32,000 nt of DNA from Pseudomonas aeruginosa (GCF_001457615.1 NZ_LN831024.1:1830001-1862000), one strand, 5' to 3'; numbered from the stretch's first letter, positions 1-9,807 are shown. Program-made: numbers and translations. The notes: generated by a model from the letters alone, not told the origin.

Positions 1-3000
1 AGGGCCCGCAACGCGGCCGGCTTGACCGGCTTGGACAGGTAGTCGAGGCCGGCGGCGTGGATCTCCGCCACCAGTTCCGGCCGCGCGTCGGCGCTGATCA
101 CCACGCCCGGCACCGGCTCGCCCAGGCGCGTGCGCAGCCAGGCCATCAATTGCGTACCGGTCTCGCCGTCGTCCAGGTGATAGTCGATCAACGCCAGTTG
201 CGGGCGCATCTCGCTGTCCAGCAGCGTGGCGCATTCCTCGCGGCTGCGCGCGGTCCAGACCTGGCAGCCCCAGCGGCTGAGCAGGCTGTTCATGCCGGCG
301 AGGATGCTGTCCTCGTTGTCCACGCAGAGCACCTGGGCGCCGTTCAGCGCCTGCGCCGGTTCGGCCTTGTGGCCGTTGGCCAGGGCCGGCGGCGCCTGCC
401 GCGCCAGCGGTACGCGGACGCTGAAGACGCTGCCCTTGCCCGGCCAGGAACGTACTTCCAGCGGATGGCCGAGGACCTTGCAGAGCCGGTCGGCGATCGC
501 CAGGCCGAGACCGAGGCCTTTCTCCGCGCGGGTCTGGTGGCTGTCCAGGCGCTTGAACTCTTCGAAGATGACTTTCTGCTTGTCCGGTGGGATGCCCGGC
601 CCCTGGTCCCAGACCTCCAGGCGCAGGTAGCCGTCCTCGCGGCGCACGCCGAGCAGCACGTGGCCCTTGGCGTAGCGGAAAGCGTTGGTCAGGAAGTTCT
701 GCAGGATGCGCCGCAGCAGCTTGATGTCGCTGTCCACCCGCAGCTGACTGCCGCGCAGGCGGAAATGCAGGCCCTGTTCCTGGGCCAGCGCCTTGAACTC
801 GACGCCGAGGGCATCGTAGAGGTTGTTCAGCGGGAACGGGTTGCGTTCGGCGCTGACCCGGCCGCTTTCCAGGCGCGAGATGTCCAGCAGGTCGGTGATC
901 AGGTCCTCGGCGGAACGCAGCGACGAGTCGAGGTGCTGCACCAGGTCGCGGACCTCGCCGGGCAGCGCGTCCTGGTGGGCGAGGGCGGCGGAGAACAGCC
1001 GCGCGGCGTTCAGCGGCTGCATCAGGTCGTGGCTGACGGCGGCGAGGAAGCGGGTCTTCGACTGGTTGGCGGCCTCGGCGTTGCTCTTCGCCTCGCTGAG
1101 TTCCTGGTTCAACTGCGAAAGTTCCTGGGTACGCTCCTGGACCCGCTGTTCCAGCGACTCGTTGGCGCCCTTGAGGCCCTGTTCGGCCTCGCGGTAGGCG
1201 GTGATATCGGTGAAGCTCATGACGAAGCCGCCGCCGGGCATCGGGTTGCCGATCAGCTCGATGACCCGGCCGTTGGGGAACAGCCGCTCGGAGGTGTGCG
1301 GAGTGCCCTGGCGCATCCAGTACAGGCGCTTGGCCACGTGCATGTCCGGATCGCCGGGCCCGCACAGGCCGCGATCGGCGTTGTAGCGGATGATGTCGGC
1401 GATCGGCCGGCCGACGTAGATCAGCCCGTCCGGGTACTCGAACAGCTCCAGGTAGCGGTGGTTCCAGGCCACCAGGCGCAGCGACTGGTCGACCACGCTG
1501 ATGCCCTGGGTGATGTTCTCGATCGCGCCCTGCAGCAGGGCGCGGTTGAATTGCAGCACCTCGGAGGCTTCGTCGGCGATCCGCACCACGTCCTCCACCT
1601 GCATCTCGCGCCCTTCGATGGCGGCCTTCACCACCGCCCGCGCCGAGGACGCGCCGAGGACCCCGGCGAGCAGGCGCTCGGTGTGCGCGATCCACTCGTT
1701 GTTGGCGGTCTGGTTCGGGGTGAAGCCCTTGCCCTGGCGGTAGGCGAAGCGGATGAAGCTTTGCCGCGCGCGTTCCTCGCCGACGAAACGCGCGGCGAGC
1801 ATCAGCAGGTCTTCCACCTGCACCGCGAGCATGAAGCGCGAGTTCTGCCGCTGGGAGATCTCCTGGCCGATGAAGCGGCTGGCCTGCCAGTGCTCGGACA
1901 CGCGGGTGCGCGAGAGCACCGAGACCAGGCCGAACAGGGCGAAGTTGCCGACCAGCGAGATCAGCACGCCCTGGGTCAGCGGCTCGATCGGCAGGCCGAA
2001 GGGATTGCTTGCCAGCCAGGTCAGGCCGGGGATGCGCTCCAGCGGCCAGCCGAGGCCCTTGGCCACCACCGGCAGGACCAGCGTATAGGCCCACAGCAGC
2101 GAGCCGGCGGCGAGGCCGGCGAAGACCCCGCGGCGGTTGGCCTGTTTCCAGTACAGCGCGCCGATCATCGCCGGGCCGAGCTGGGCGATGGCGGCGAAGG
2201 CGATCTGGCCGATGGTCGCCAGGCTGGCGCTGGAGCCGAGCAGGCGGTAGGCCACGTAGGCGAGCAGCAGGATCACCGCGATGCTCACCCGGCGTACGGT
2301 CAGCAGCCAGTGACGGAAGGCCTCGAAGGGCCGTTCGGTGTCCTTTTCCCGGCGTCGCAGCAGCCACGGCAGGAGCATGTCGTTGGAGACCATGGTCGAC
2401 AGCGCGACGCTGGCGACGATGACCATTCCGGTGGCGGCCGAGGCGCCGCCAATGAATGCCAGCAGGGCCAGCGCCGGGTGCGCCTCGGCCAGCGGCAGGC
2501 TGATGACGAAGGAGTCCGGCATTACCCCGGCGGGCAGGTGCAATTGGCCGGCGAGGGCGATCGGCACCACGAACAACGCGGCCAGCACCAGGTAGATGGG
2601 GAACACCCAGCGCGCCAGGTTGAGGTCGCGCGGCTCGATGTTCTCCACCACGGTGACGTGGAATTGCCGCGGCAGGCACATGATCGCGGTCATCGCCACG
2701 CCGGTCTGCAGCAGCATCGCCGGCCAGTGCACGGTCTCTTCCCAGTAGTCGGCCAACTGCGGCGCGGCGCGGGCCTGGGAGAAGAGATCGGCGAAGCCGT
2801 CGTAGAGGCCGAAGGTGACGAAGATGCCCACGGCGAGGAAGGCGGTGAGCTTGACCAGCGACTCGAAGGCGATGGCCAGGACCATGCCGCGGTGGTGTTC
2901 GGTGACATCCAGGCTGCGGGTACCGAAGACGATGGTGAACAGCGCCAGCACCAGCGACACGATCAGCGCCGTGTCCTGGGCGCGGGTACCGGTGGAGTCG

Positions 3001-3452
3001 GCGCCGGAGCCGATCAGCAGGTTCACCCCGAGGACGATACCTTTCAGTTGCAGGGCGATGTAGGGCAGCACGCCGACCATGCAGATCAGCGCCACCACCA
3101 CCGCCAGTGCCTGCGACTTGCCGTAGCGGGCGGCGATGAAGTCGGCGATGGAGGTGATGTTCTCCTGCTTGCTGATCATGATCATCTTCTGCAGCACCCA
3201 GGGCGCGAACAGCATCAGCAACACCGGTCCGAGGTAGATCGGCAGGAACGACCAGAGCTGGTCGGTGGCCTGGCCGACCGCGCCGAAGAAGGTCCAGCTG
3301 GTGCAGTACACTGCCAGGGAGAGGCTGTAGACCCAGGCGCGCAGGCGGGGTGAGAGCGGGGTGCGGCGACGGTCGCCATAGAAGGCGATGGCGAACAGGA
3401 TGGCCATGTAGACCAGGGCGACCACGGCGATCAGCCCGATGGACAGCGACAT
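1..3452 (-). CDS. Hybrid sensor histidine kinase with N-terminal sodium:solute symporter (SSSF)-like membrane domain; C-terminal receiver continues beyond the window
   Basis: Reading the minus strand from ATG (CAT at 3450-3452) gives MSLSIGLIAVVTLVYMAILFAIAFYGDRRRTPLSPRLRAWVYSLSLAVYCTSWTFFGAVGQATDQLWSFLPIYLGPVLLML, typical of SSSF-type kinases (CbrA/PutP-like). H-box-like VSHDLMQPLNAARLFSAALAH near 960-1060, and receiver-like SKPVKP at the window start. Runs off the left edge, so absent from the ORF track. Confidence 0.9.
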   Translation of the reverse strand, partial: MSLSIGLIAVVALVYMAILFAIAFYGDRRRTPLSPRLRAWVYSLSLAVYCTSWTFFGAVGQATDQLWSFLPIYLGPVLLMLFAPWVLQKMIMISKQENITSIADFIAARYGKSQALAVVVALICMVGVLPYIALQLKGIVLGVNLLIGSGADSTGTRAQDTALIVSLVLALFTIVFGTRSLDVTEHHRGMVLAIAFESLVKLTAFLAVGIFVTFGLYDGFADLFSQARAAPQLADYWEETVHWPAMLLQTGVAMTAIMCLPRQFHVTVVENIEPRDLNLARWVFPIYLVLAALFVVPIALAGQLHLPAGVMPDSFVISLPLAEAHPALALLAFIGGASAATGMVIVASVALSTMVSNDMLLPWLLRRREKDTERPFEAFRHWLLTVRRVSIAVILLLAYVAYRLLGSSASLATIGQIAFAAIAQLGPAMIGALYWKQANRRGVFAGLAAGSLLWAYTLVLPVVAKGLGWPLERIPGLTWLASNPFGLPIEPLTQGVLISLVGNFALFGLVSVLSRTRVSEHWQASRFIGQEISQRQNSRFMLAVQVEDLLMLAARFVGEERARQSFIRFAYRQGKGFTPNQTANNEWIAHTERLLAGVLGASSARAVVKAAIEGREMQVEDVVRIADEASEVLQFNRALLQGAIENITQGISVVDQSLRLVAWNHRYLELFEYPDGLIYVGRPIADIIRYNADRGLCGPGDPDMHVAKRLYWMRQGTPHTSERLFPNGRVIELIGNPMPGGGFVMSFTDITAYREAEQGLKGANESLEQRVQERTQELSQLNQELSEAKSNAEAANQSKTRFLAAVSHDLMQPLNAARLFSAALAHQDALPGEVRDLVQHLDSSLRSAEDLITDLLDISRLESGRVSAERNPFPLNNLYDALGVEFKALAQEQGLHFRLRGSQLRVDSDIKLLRRILQNFLTNAFRYAKGHVLLGVRREDGYLRLEVWDQGPGIPPDKQKVIFEEFKRLDSHQTRAEKGLGLGLAIADRLCKVLGHPLEVRSWPGKGSVFSVRVPLARQAPPALANGHKAEPAQALNGAQVLCVDNEDSILAGMNSLLSRWGCQVWTARSREECATLLDSEMRPQLALIDYHLDDGETGTQLMAWLRTRLGEPVPGVVISADARPELVAEIHAAGLDYLSKPVKPAALRA

Positions 3453-3735
3453 GCGAACTCCGATGATGTCCCCGCGTGAAGCTGGCGTGAGGCGGGGGTC
3501 TTGCTTTCGCGCCAGTTTCGCACTTGTCGGCCCGCGCGTCAGGCCGCCTGCGACCAAGGTCGCACGCATGCTTGAGCCGGACGCGCGGAGTTGGTAGCGT
3601 GCCGGGCTGCGTGAGCGCGGACGGCCCCGGCGGCCGGCTGTCCGTTCATCGTAGCCGGTTTCGGCTGCGGCACTAAACGCGGCCGCTACGCTCTGATGGG
3701 AGCGGAGTTTTGCGTCGATGTCGAGGAGGGCGCCC

Positions 3736-4305
3736 ATGTTCAAGCCGCTACCGATCACCCTGCAGCGCGGAGCCTTGCGTCTCGAGCCGCTGGTGGAAGC
3801 GGACATTCCCGAGCTGGTGAGCCTCGCCGAAGCCAACCGCGAGGCGCTGCAGTACATGGACGGACCGACGCGGCCGGACTGGTACCGCCAGAGCCTCGCC
3901 GAGCAGCGCGAGGGCAGGGCGTTGCCGCTCGCCGTCCGCCTCGGTGTGCAACTGGTCGGGACCACGCGCTTCGCCGAGTTCCTTCCCGCCTTGCCGGCCT
4001 GCGAGATCGGCTGGACCTGGCTCGACCAGGCCCAGCACGGCAGCGGCCTGAACCGCATGATCAAGTACCTGATGCTCAAGCATGCCTTCGACAACCTGCG
4101 CATAGTCCGCGTGCAGCTCAGCACGGCGGCGAGCAACCTGCGCGCCCAGGGCGCCATCGACAAGCTCGGCGCGCAGCGCGAGGGCGTGCTGCGCAACCAC
4201 CGGCGGCTGGCCGGCGGGCGGCTAGACGACACCTTCGTCTACAGCATCACCGACCACGAATGGCCGCAGGTCAAGGCGGCGCTGGAAGCCAGCTTCACCG
4301 GCTGA
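3736..4305 (+). CDS. GNAT-family N-acetyltransferase (RimJ/RimL-like)
   Basis: ORF 3718..4305 with likely start at MFKPLPITLQRGALRLEPL; GNAT-like LRLEPLVEADIPEL, EIGWTWLDQAQHGSGLNRMIKYLMLKHAFDNLRIVRVQLSTAASNLRAQGAIDKLGA. Confidence 0.85.
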   Translation: MFKPLPITLQRGALRLEPLVEADIPELVSLAEANREALQYMDGPTRPDWYRQSLAEQREGRALPLAVRLGVQLVGTTRFAEFLPALPACEIGWTWLDQAQHGSGLNRMIKYLMLKHAFDNLRIVRVQLSTAASNLRAQGAIDKLGAQREGVLRNHRRLAGGRLDDTFVYSITDHEWPQVKAALEASFTG

Positions 4306-4329
4306 AGCCGGTTCCGTCGCTCCTGCGGT

Positions 4330-5226
4330 ATGCTGGGCGGCCCGTCCGGACGGGCGAACGAGGAGACGGCAGTGCCGGACGAGACGAGCGGAGAACACAC
4401 GCATTTCTGGCGCGCCGCCGAACTGGGCGGCGTCGAACTGCTGCACGCGCGCTATGTGGAGCAGCGCTTCGCGCCGCACGTGCACAGCAGCTTCGCCCTA
4501 GTCATCATCGAGCAGGGCGCGCAGCGCTTCCGCCATCGTGGCGGCGAGCACCTAGCCCCGCTGGGCAGCATGGTGCTGATCAACCCCGACGAAGTGCACA
4601 CCGGCTCCAAGGCCCATGATGCCGGTTGGCTCTATCGCGGCTACTACCCGGAAATGGAACAGATCGACGGGATTCTCGACGAGCTGGAAATCCATCATGG
4701 CGGCGTGCCGCGTTTCGCCGACAGCGTGATCCACGACCAGCCCCTGGCACGCGCCTTCGTCCACTTGCACCGCCTGCTGGCCGAGCATGCCGGCAGCCTG
4801 GAAACCCAGACCCGCTGGCGCGAGACGATGCTCGCCCTGTTCCGTCGCCACGCCCGCCTGCCAGAAGCGCCGAAGGCCGGGCAGGAGCCGTTGGCGGTGG
4901 CCCGCGCCCGCGAACTGCTGGCGGCGCGGTTGCTCGATCCGCCTTCTCTGGAGGAACTGGCGGCGGCGGTCAATCTGTCCCCGTTCCATTTTGCCCGGGT
5001 CTTCCGTCGCGCCACCGGCATGCCGCCCCACGCCTGGCTCAGACAGCGCCGCCTGGAGCAGGCCAGGGCACTGCTCAAGAGCGGCCGGGCGCCGCTGGAG
5101 GTGGCCCTGGAGCTGGGCTTCGCCGACCAGAGCCACCTCGGTCGCCAGTTCAAGCAGGCCTACGGGGTGGCACCGGGTGAATACCGCTCGGCCTGCGCGC
5201 GCTCGTCCTTGACGACATACGAATAA
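4330..5226 (+). CDS. AraC-family transcriptional regulator (N-terminal cupin-like, C-terminal double HTH)
   Basis: N-terminal FAPHVHSSFALVIIEQGAQRFRHRGG and C-terminal LEELAAAVNLSPFHFARVFRRATGMPPHAWLRQRRLEQARALL...LGFADQSHLGRQFKQAYGVAPGEYR, canonical AraC HTH. Confidence 0.93.
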   Translation: MLGGPSGRANEETAVPDETSGEHTHFWRAAELGGVELLHARYVEQRFAPHVHSSFALVIIEQGAQRFRHRGGEHLAPLGSMVLINPDEVHTGSKAHDAGWLYRGYYPEMEQIDGILDELEIHHGGVPRFADSVIHDQPLARAFVHLHRLLAEHAGSLETQTRWRETMLALFRRHARLPEAPKAGQEPLAVARARELLAARLLDPPSLEELAAAVNLSPFHFARVFRRATGMPPHAWLRQRRLEQARALLKSGRAPLEVALELGFADQSHLGRQFKQAYGVAPGEYRSACARSSLTTYE

Positions 5227-5240
5227 GTCAAGCTCACATT

Positions 5241-5255
5241 TGCAAATCATTTGTA
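5241..5255. promoter_or_regulatory. Candidate Fur box upstream of the TonB-dependent receptor
   Basis: TGCAAAT-C-ATTTGTA, a 7-1-7 dyad with 6 of 7 symmetric pairs, resembling the Fur TGATAATnATTATCA form; in the AraC/receptor intergenic gap, about 70 bp upstream of the receptor start. Confidence 0.55.
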
Positions 5256-5322
5256 TTTACGTTCTTTACGATTTGCCGTAATTTTGCGCCCCACTTTTTC
5301 CTGCGTCCCTGGGGGAGCCTCG

Positions 5323-7488
5323 ATGTCGTCCGTGAGTTCGTTGTCGCGCCTGGCCGTCGCCATCGCGCTGGGTGTGTCCATGCAGGCGGCGCAGGCCGAA
5401 GAGGAAGCCAAGGAGCTGGGCACGGTCACCGTGGTCGGCGACTGGCTGGGCGAAGCCGACCAGGCGGTGGTGCAGAACCATCCCGGCGCGCGCAGCGTGG
5501 TGCGTCGTCGGGAAATGCTCGAGAGCGGTGCGCAGAACGTCCGCGACGTGCTGCGCAAGGTGCCCGGCGTGCAAGTGCAGGACAACAACGGTACCGGCGG
5601 CAGCGACATCTCCCTGAACGTCGGGGTGCGTGGCCTGACTTCACGCCTGTCGCCGCGCTCGACGGTGATGATCGACGGCGTGCCGGCGGCGGTGGCGCCC
5701 TACGGCCAGCCGCAGCTGTCGATGATGCCGCTGTCCATCGGCAACCTGGAGAGCATCGACGTCGTGCGCGGCGCCGGCTCGGTGCGCTACGGCCCGCAGA
5801 ACGTCGGCGGGGTGATCAACTTCGTGACCCGGGCGATTCCGGAGAAGTTCTCCGGCGAAATCGGCACCACCATCGAGCATGCCGGCCACGGCGGCTGGAA
5901 GAAGCTCAACCAGGCGTTCCTCGGCGGGACCGCCGACAACGGCCTGGGCGTGGCGCTGCTGTATTCCGGGGTGAAGGGCGCCGACTACCGCGACGGCAAC
6001 AACGACAACGATATCGACGACGTGCTGCTCAAGACCCATTGGCAGCTCACCGACAGCGACCAGTTGGCGGCCAACTTCCACTACTACGACGCCTACGCCG
6101 ATATGCCAGGCGGCCTGACCCAGGCGCAGTACGACGACGATCCCTTCCAGTCGGTACGCGACTGGGACAATTTCCGTGGTCGGCGCAAGGACTTCTCGCT
6201 GAAGTACACCCGCCAGGTCGACGACCTCACCCAGTTCGAGGTGCTCACCTACTACAGCGACAGTTTCCGCGGCAGCAGCATCGCCGCGCGCAACCTCAGG
6301 ACCATCACCTCGTACCCGCGCGACTACCATGTGTTCGCGGTGGAGCCGCGGGTCTCGCGGATCTTCTTCGCCGGCCCGACCACCCAGGAGGTCGGCATCG
6401 GCTACCGCTACCTGAAGGAAGCGATGAACGAGCGCGCCAGCCAGCTGGCCCTGGTCGACAATGTGCCGACCGTGCGTCCCGGCTCGGACGGCCATACCTA
6501 CCAGGACCGTACCGGCGGCACCGAGGCCAGCGCCTTCTACATCGACGACAAGATCGATGTTGGCAACTGGACCATCACCCCCGGCATCCGCTTCGAGAAG
6601 ATCGACAGCGACTGGCGCGACCGCCCGGTGCTCGGCCTGAACGGCAAGCCGGTGCAGGAGAAGAAGCGCAGCAAGGACTACAACGAACCGCTGCCGGCGC
6701 TGAGCCTGATGTATCACTTGAGCGACGAGTGGAAGCTGTTCGCCAACTACTCCGAATCGTTCGGCAGCCTGCAGTACTTCCAGCTCGGCCAGGGCGGCAG
6801 CGGCAACGATACCGCCGCCGGCCTGGAGCCGGAGAAGGCCAAGACCTACGAACTGGGCACGCGCTACGACAACGGCAGCTGGGGCGGCGAGATCACGCTG
6901 TTCTACATCGACTTCGACGACGAGCTGCAGTACGTCAGCAACGACGTCGGCTGGACCAACCTCGGCGCCACCAAGCACCAGGGCATCGAGACTTCCGGCC
7001 ACTATGACTTCGCCGCTCTCGATCCGCGCCTGGACGGCCTGTCGGTCTACGGCAGCCTCACCTATACCCGCGCCACCTACGAAGGCGACATTCCCTCCTT
7101 CAAGGGGCGCGACCTGCCGCTCTACTCGCGCCAGGTGGCCACCGCCGGGGTGCGCTACGAGGTCGACCGCTGGACCTACAACCTCGACGCCTTCGCCCAG
7201 TCCATGCAGCGCGCGCCAGGGCTGAGCACCGACAGCCAGGGCAACTTCACCCACAACTACATCACCGAGCCCAGCGCCGACGGCCAGTACGGCGACATTC
7301 CCGGCTACGTGACCTGGAATGCCCGCGTCGGCTACGACTTCGGCCCGCAGGCGTCGAACCTGAAGCTCGGACTCGGGGTGAAGAACCTGTTCGACAAGCA
7401 GTATTTCACCCGCTCCAGCGACAACAATTCGGGAATCTACGTGGGTCAGCCGCGAACGCTGTTCATGCAGGCCAGCGTCGGTTTCTGA
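5323..7488 (+). CDS. TonB-dependent outer-membrane receptor, FecA-like
   Basis: Start ATG at 5323 after GGGGGAG; signal-peptide-like MSSVSSLSRLAVAIALGVSMQAAQA; plug domain (VRDVLRKVPGVQVQDNNG...VRGLTSRLSPRSTVMIDGVP...ESIDVVRGAGSVRYGPQNVGGVINFVTR) and C-terminal NLKLGLGVKNLFDKQYF...LFMQASVGF ending in Phe. Confidence 0.93.
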   Translation: MSSVSSLSRLAVAIALGVSMQAAQAEEEAKELGTVTVVGDWLGEADQAVVQNHPGARSVVRRREMLESGAQNVRDVLRKVPGVQVQDNNGTGGSDISLNVGVRGLTSRLSPRSTVMIDGVPAAVAPYGQPQLSMMPLSIGNLESIDVVRGAGSVRYGPQNVGGVINFVTRAIPEKFSGEIGTTIEHAGHGGWKKLNQAFLGGTADNGLGVALLYSGVKGADYRDGNNDNDIDDVLLKTHWQLTDSDQLAANFHYYDAYADMPGGLTQAQYDDDPFQSVRDWDNFRGRRKDFSLKYTRQVDDLTQFEVLTYYSDSFRGSSIAARNLRTITSYPRDYHVFAVEPRVSRIFFAGPTTQEVGIGYRYLKEAMNERASQLALVDNVPTVRPGSDGHTYQDRTGGTEASAFYIDDKIDVGNWTITPGIRFEKIDSDWRDRPVLGLNGKPVQEKKRSKDYNEPLPALSLMYHLSDEWKLFANYSESFGSLQYFQLGQGGSGNDTAAGLEPEKAKTYELGTRYDNGSWGGEITLFYIDFDDELQYVSNDVGWTNLGATKHQGIETSGHYDFAALDPRLDGLSVYGSLTYTRATYEGDIPSFKGRDLPLYSRQVATAGVRYEVDRWTYNLDAFAQSMQRAPGLSTDSQGNFTHNYITEPSADGQYGDIPGYVTWNARVGYDFGPQASNLKLGLGVKNLFDKQYFTRSSDNNSGIYVGQPRTLFMQASVGF

Positions 7489-7662
7489 ATATTCGGATGC
7501 GACTTGGCGCATCGTCCGACGACAGGCGTCCTGCGGTAACGCGGACGCCTGTTCTATGATGGGCGCGGAATTTCCATCGGAACGCTGTGGCCTGATCCGC
7601 GGTCCATGCAGTCCAATCGATGACGGGCTTCCTTTCGGCGGCCACGCAAGGTAACAAGGACG

Positions 7663-9537
7663 ATGACCCAACATTCGCAATTCGCCCTGCTGGGCAAGCG
7701 GCGTTTCCTGCCGTTCTTCATCACCCAGCTGCTCGGCGCCTTCAACGACAACATCTTCAAGCAGTCGCTGATCCTCGCCATCCTCTATCACCTCAGCGTC
7801 AGCGGCGACCGCAGCCTGCTGGTCAACCTCTGCGCACTGCTGTTCATCCTGCCGTTCTTCCTGTTCTCGGCACTGGGCGGACAGTTCGGCGAGAAGTACA
7901 ACAAGGACGCGCTGATGCGCGCGCTGAAGCTGGCCGAGGTAGGCATCATGCTGGTCGGCGCTGCCGGCTTCGTCTTCGGCAGCCTGCCGCTGATGTTCGT
8001 CGCGCTGTTCGCCATGGGCACCCACTCGGCGCTATTTGGCCCGGTGAAGTATTCGATCCTGCCCCAGCACCTGCACGAGGACGAACTGGTCGGCGGCAAC
8101 GCGCTGGTGGAGATGGGCACCTTCCTGGCGATCCTGGCCGGCACCATCGGCGCCGGCGTGCTGATGTCCCATGCGCATTACGCGGCGGCGGTGGCCACCG
8201 CGGTGGTGCTGGTGGCCGCCTGCGGCTACCTGGCCAGCCGCGGCATTCCGCGAGCGGCGGCGGCGCTGCCGGGGTTGAAGCTCGACTGGAACATCTTCGC
8301 CCAGTCCTGGAGCATCCTCCGCCTGGGGCTCGGCCAGCGCCCGGCGGTCTCGCGCTCGCTGGTGGGCAACTCCTGGTTCTGGTTCCTCGGCGCGGTCTAC
8401 CTGACGCAGATCCCGACCTTCGCCAAGGAATGGCTGCACGGCGACGAAAGCGTGGTGACCCTGATCCTCACCGTGTTCTCGGTGGGCATCGCGCTGGGCT
8501 CGATGCTGTGCGAGAAGCTTTCCGGTCGCAAGGTGGAGATCGGCCTGGTGCCGTTCGGCTCGATCGGCCTGACCGTCTTCGGCATCCTCCTCTGGTGGCA
8601 CGCCGGCGGCATTCCCCCAGGCGAGGCGCCCTACGACTGGCTGGCGGTGCTGCGCCACCATGAGACCTGGGCGGTGCTGGCCGACATCCTGTTCATCGGC
8701 ATTTTCGGCGGCTTCTACATCGTACCGCTGTACGCCCTGATCCAGGCGCGCACCGACGAAGACAAGCGGGCCCGGGTGATCGCCGCCAACAACATCCTCA
8801 ACGCTCTGTTCATGGTCGCCGCGGCGCTGGTCTCGATCCTCTTCCTCAGCGTCGCCAAGCTGTCGATCCCACAACTGTTCCTCGCCCTGTCGCTGATGAA
8901 CGTCGCGGTGAACGTGTACATCTTCAAGATCGTCCCGGAGTTCACCATGCGCTTCCTGGTCTGGCTGCTCAGCCACACCATGTACCGGGTCCGGCATGTG
9001 AACCTGGAGGCGATCCCGGACGAGGGAGCGGCGGTGCTGGTGTGCAACCACGTCTCGTACGTGGACGCGCTGCTGATCGCCGGCTCGATCCGGCGGCCGG
9101 TGCGCTTCGTCATGTACTACAGGATCTTCTCGCTGCCGGTGCTCAACTTCGTCTTCCGCACCGCCGGCGCGGTGCCCATAGCGGCGCGCCACGAGGACGA
9201 AGGGATCTACGAACGAGCCTTCCAGCGCATCGCCGACTACCTGAGGGACGGGGAGCTGGTGTGCATCTTCCCTGAGGGCAAGCTGACCGCCGACGGCGAG
9301 ATGAATGAGTTCCGCGCCGGGATCGAGCGGATCATCGAGGAAACCCCGGTTCCGGTGGTCCCCATGGCGCTGCAGGGCCTGTGGGGCAGCTTCTTCAGCC
9401 GCGACCCGAACAAGGGCTTCTTCCGCCGCCTGTGGTCGCGGGTAAGCCTGGTGGCCGGCGAATCGGTGGCGCCGGGGGCGGTGGAGCGCCTCGACCTGCA
9501 GGCGCGGGTGACGAGCTTGCGCGGCGAAGCTCGTTGA
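7663..9537 (+). CDS. LplT-like MFS lysophospholipid transporter fused to a PlsC-type acyltransferase domain
   Basis: N-terminal MFS segment (FLPFFITQLLGAFNDNIFKQSLILAILY). C-terminal acyltransferase motifs GAAVLVCNHVSYVDALLIAGSIRRPVRFVMYYRIF and LVCIFPEGKLTADGEMNEFRAGIERII. Confidence 0.9.
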   Translation: MTQHSQFALLGKRRFLPFFITQLLGAFNDNIFKQSLILAILYHLSVSGDRSLLVNLCALLFILPFFLFSALGGQFGEKYNKDALMRALKLAEVGIMLVGAAGFVFGSLPLMFVALFAMGTHSALFGPVKYSILPQHLHEDELVGGNALVEMGTFLAILAGTIGAGVLMSHAHYAAAVATAVVLVAACGYLASRGIPRAAAALPGLKLDWNIFAQSWSILRLGLGQRPAVSRSLVGNSWFWFLGAVYLTQIPTFAKEWLHGDESVVTLILTVFSVGIALGSMLCEKLSGRKVEIGLVPFGSIGLTVFGILLWWHAGGIPPGEAPYDWLAVLRHHETWAVLADILFIGIFGGFYIVPLYALIQARTDEDKRARVIAANNILNALFMVAAALVSILFLSVAKLSIPQLFLALSLMNVAVNVYIFKIVPEFTMRFLVWLLSHTMYRVRHVNLEAIPDEGAAVLVCNHVSYVDALLIAGSIRRPVRFVMYYRIFSLPVLNFVFRTAGAVPIAARHEDEGIYERAFQRIADYLRDGELVCIFPEGKLTADGEMNEFRAGIERIIEETPVPVVPMALQGLWGSFFSRDPNKGFFRRLWSRVSLVAGESVAPGAVERLDLQARVTSLRGEAR

Positions 9538-9553
9538 TCGATCCGCAGAAACG

Positions 9554-9584
9554 AAAAAGCCCCGGCGATGCCGGGGCTTTTTTT
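9554..9584. terminator. Bidirectional rho-independent terminator between convergent transporter-acyltransferase and cold-shock genes
   Basis: AAAAAGCCCCGGC-GAT-GCCGGGGCTTTTTTT: perfect GC-rich stem, with A-run and T-run usable on both strands. Confidence 0.95.
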
Positions 9585-9597
9585 GGCGAACTACAAG

Positions 9598-9807
9598 TTA
9601 GACAACTTGTACTTCGTCGGCTTGCAGGCCTTTCTGGCCGTTGACGACCACGAAGGAAACCTTCTGGCCTTCCTGCAGGCTCTTGAAGCCGGTGCCCTGG
9701 ATGGAACGGAAGTGAACGAACAGGTCGTTACCGCTTTCCGGGGTGATGAAGCCGAAGCCTTTGGCGTCGTTGAACCATTTTACGGTGCCGTTCTGACGAT
9801 TCGACAT
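9598..9807 (-). CDS. capB: Cold-shock domain protein (CspA family)
   Basis: 69 aa [69 protein letters not shown]; RNP1 (KGFGFI) and RNP2 (LFVHF). Upstream part of ORF 9598..9930 is 5'UTR. Confidence 0.95.
   Translation of the reverse strand: MSNRQNGTVKWFNDAKGFGFITPESGNDLFVHFRSIQGTGFKSLQEGQKVSFVVVNGQKGLQADEVQVV

Noticed and set aside
57-3353. 1098-aa plus-strand ORF in the supplied track
   Set aside because: Shadow of the hybrid sensor kinase on the minus strand. Composition is dominated by Q/H/A/G/R with no recognisable domain, while the opposite strand reads as SSSF domain, kinase and receiver.
5641-8025. 794-aa minus-strand ORF
   Set aside because: Antisense to the TonB-dependent receptor and crosses into the next gene; low-complexity V/A/E/H/Q composition typical of high-GC antisense frames.
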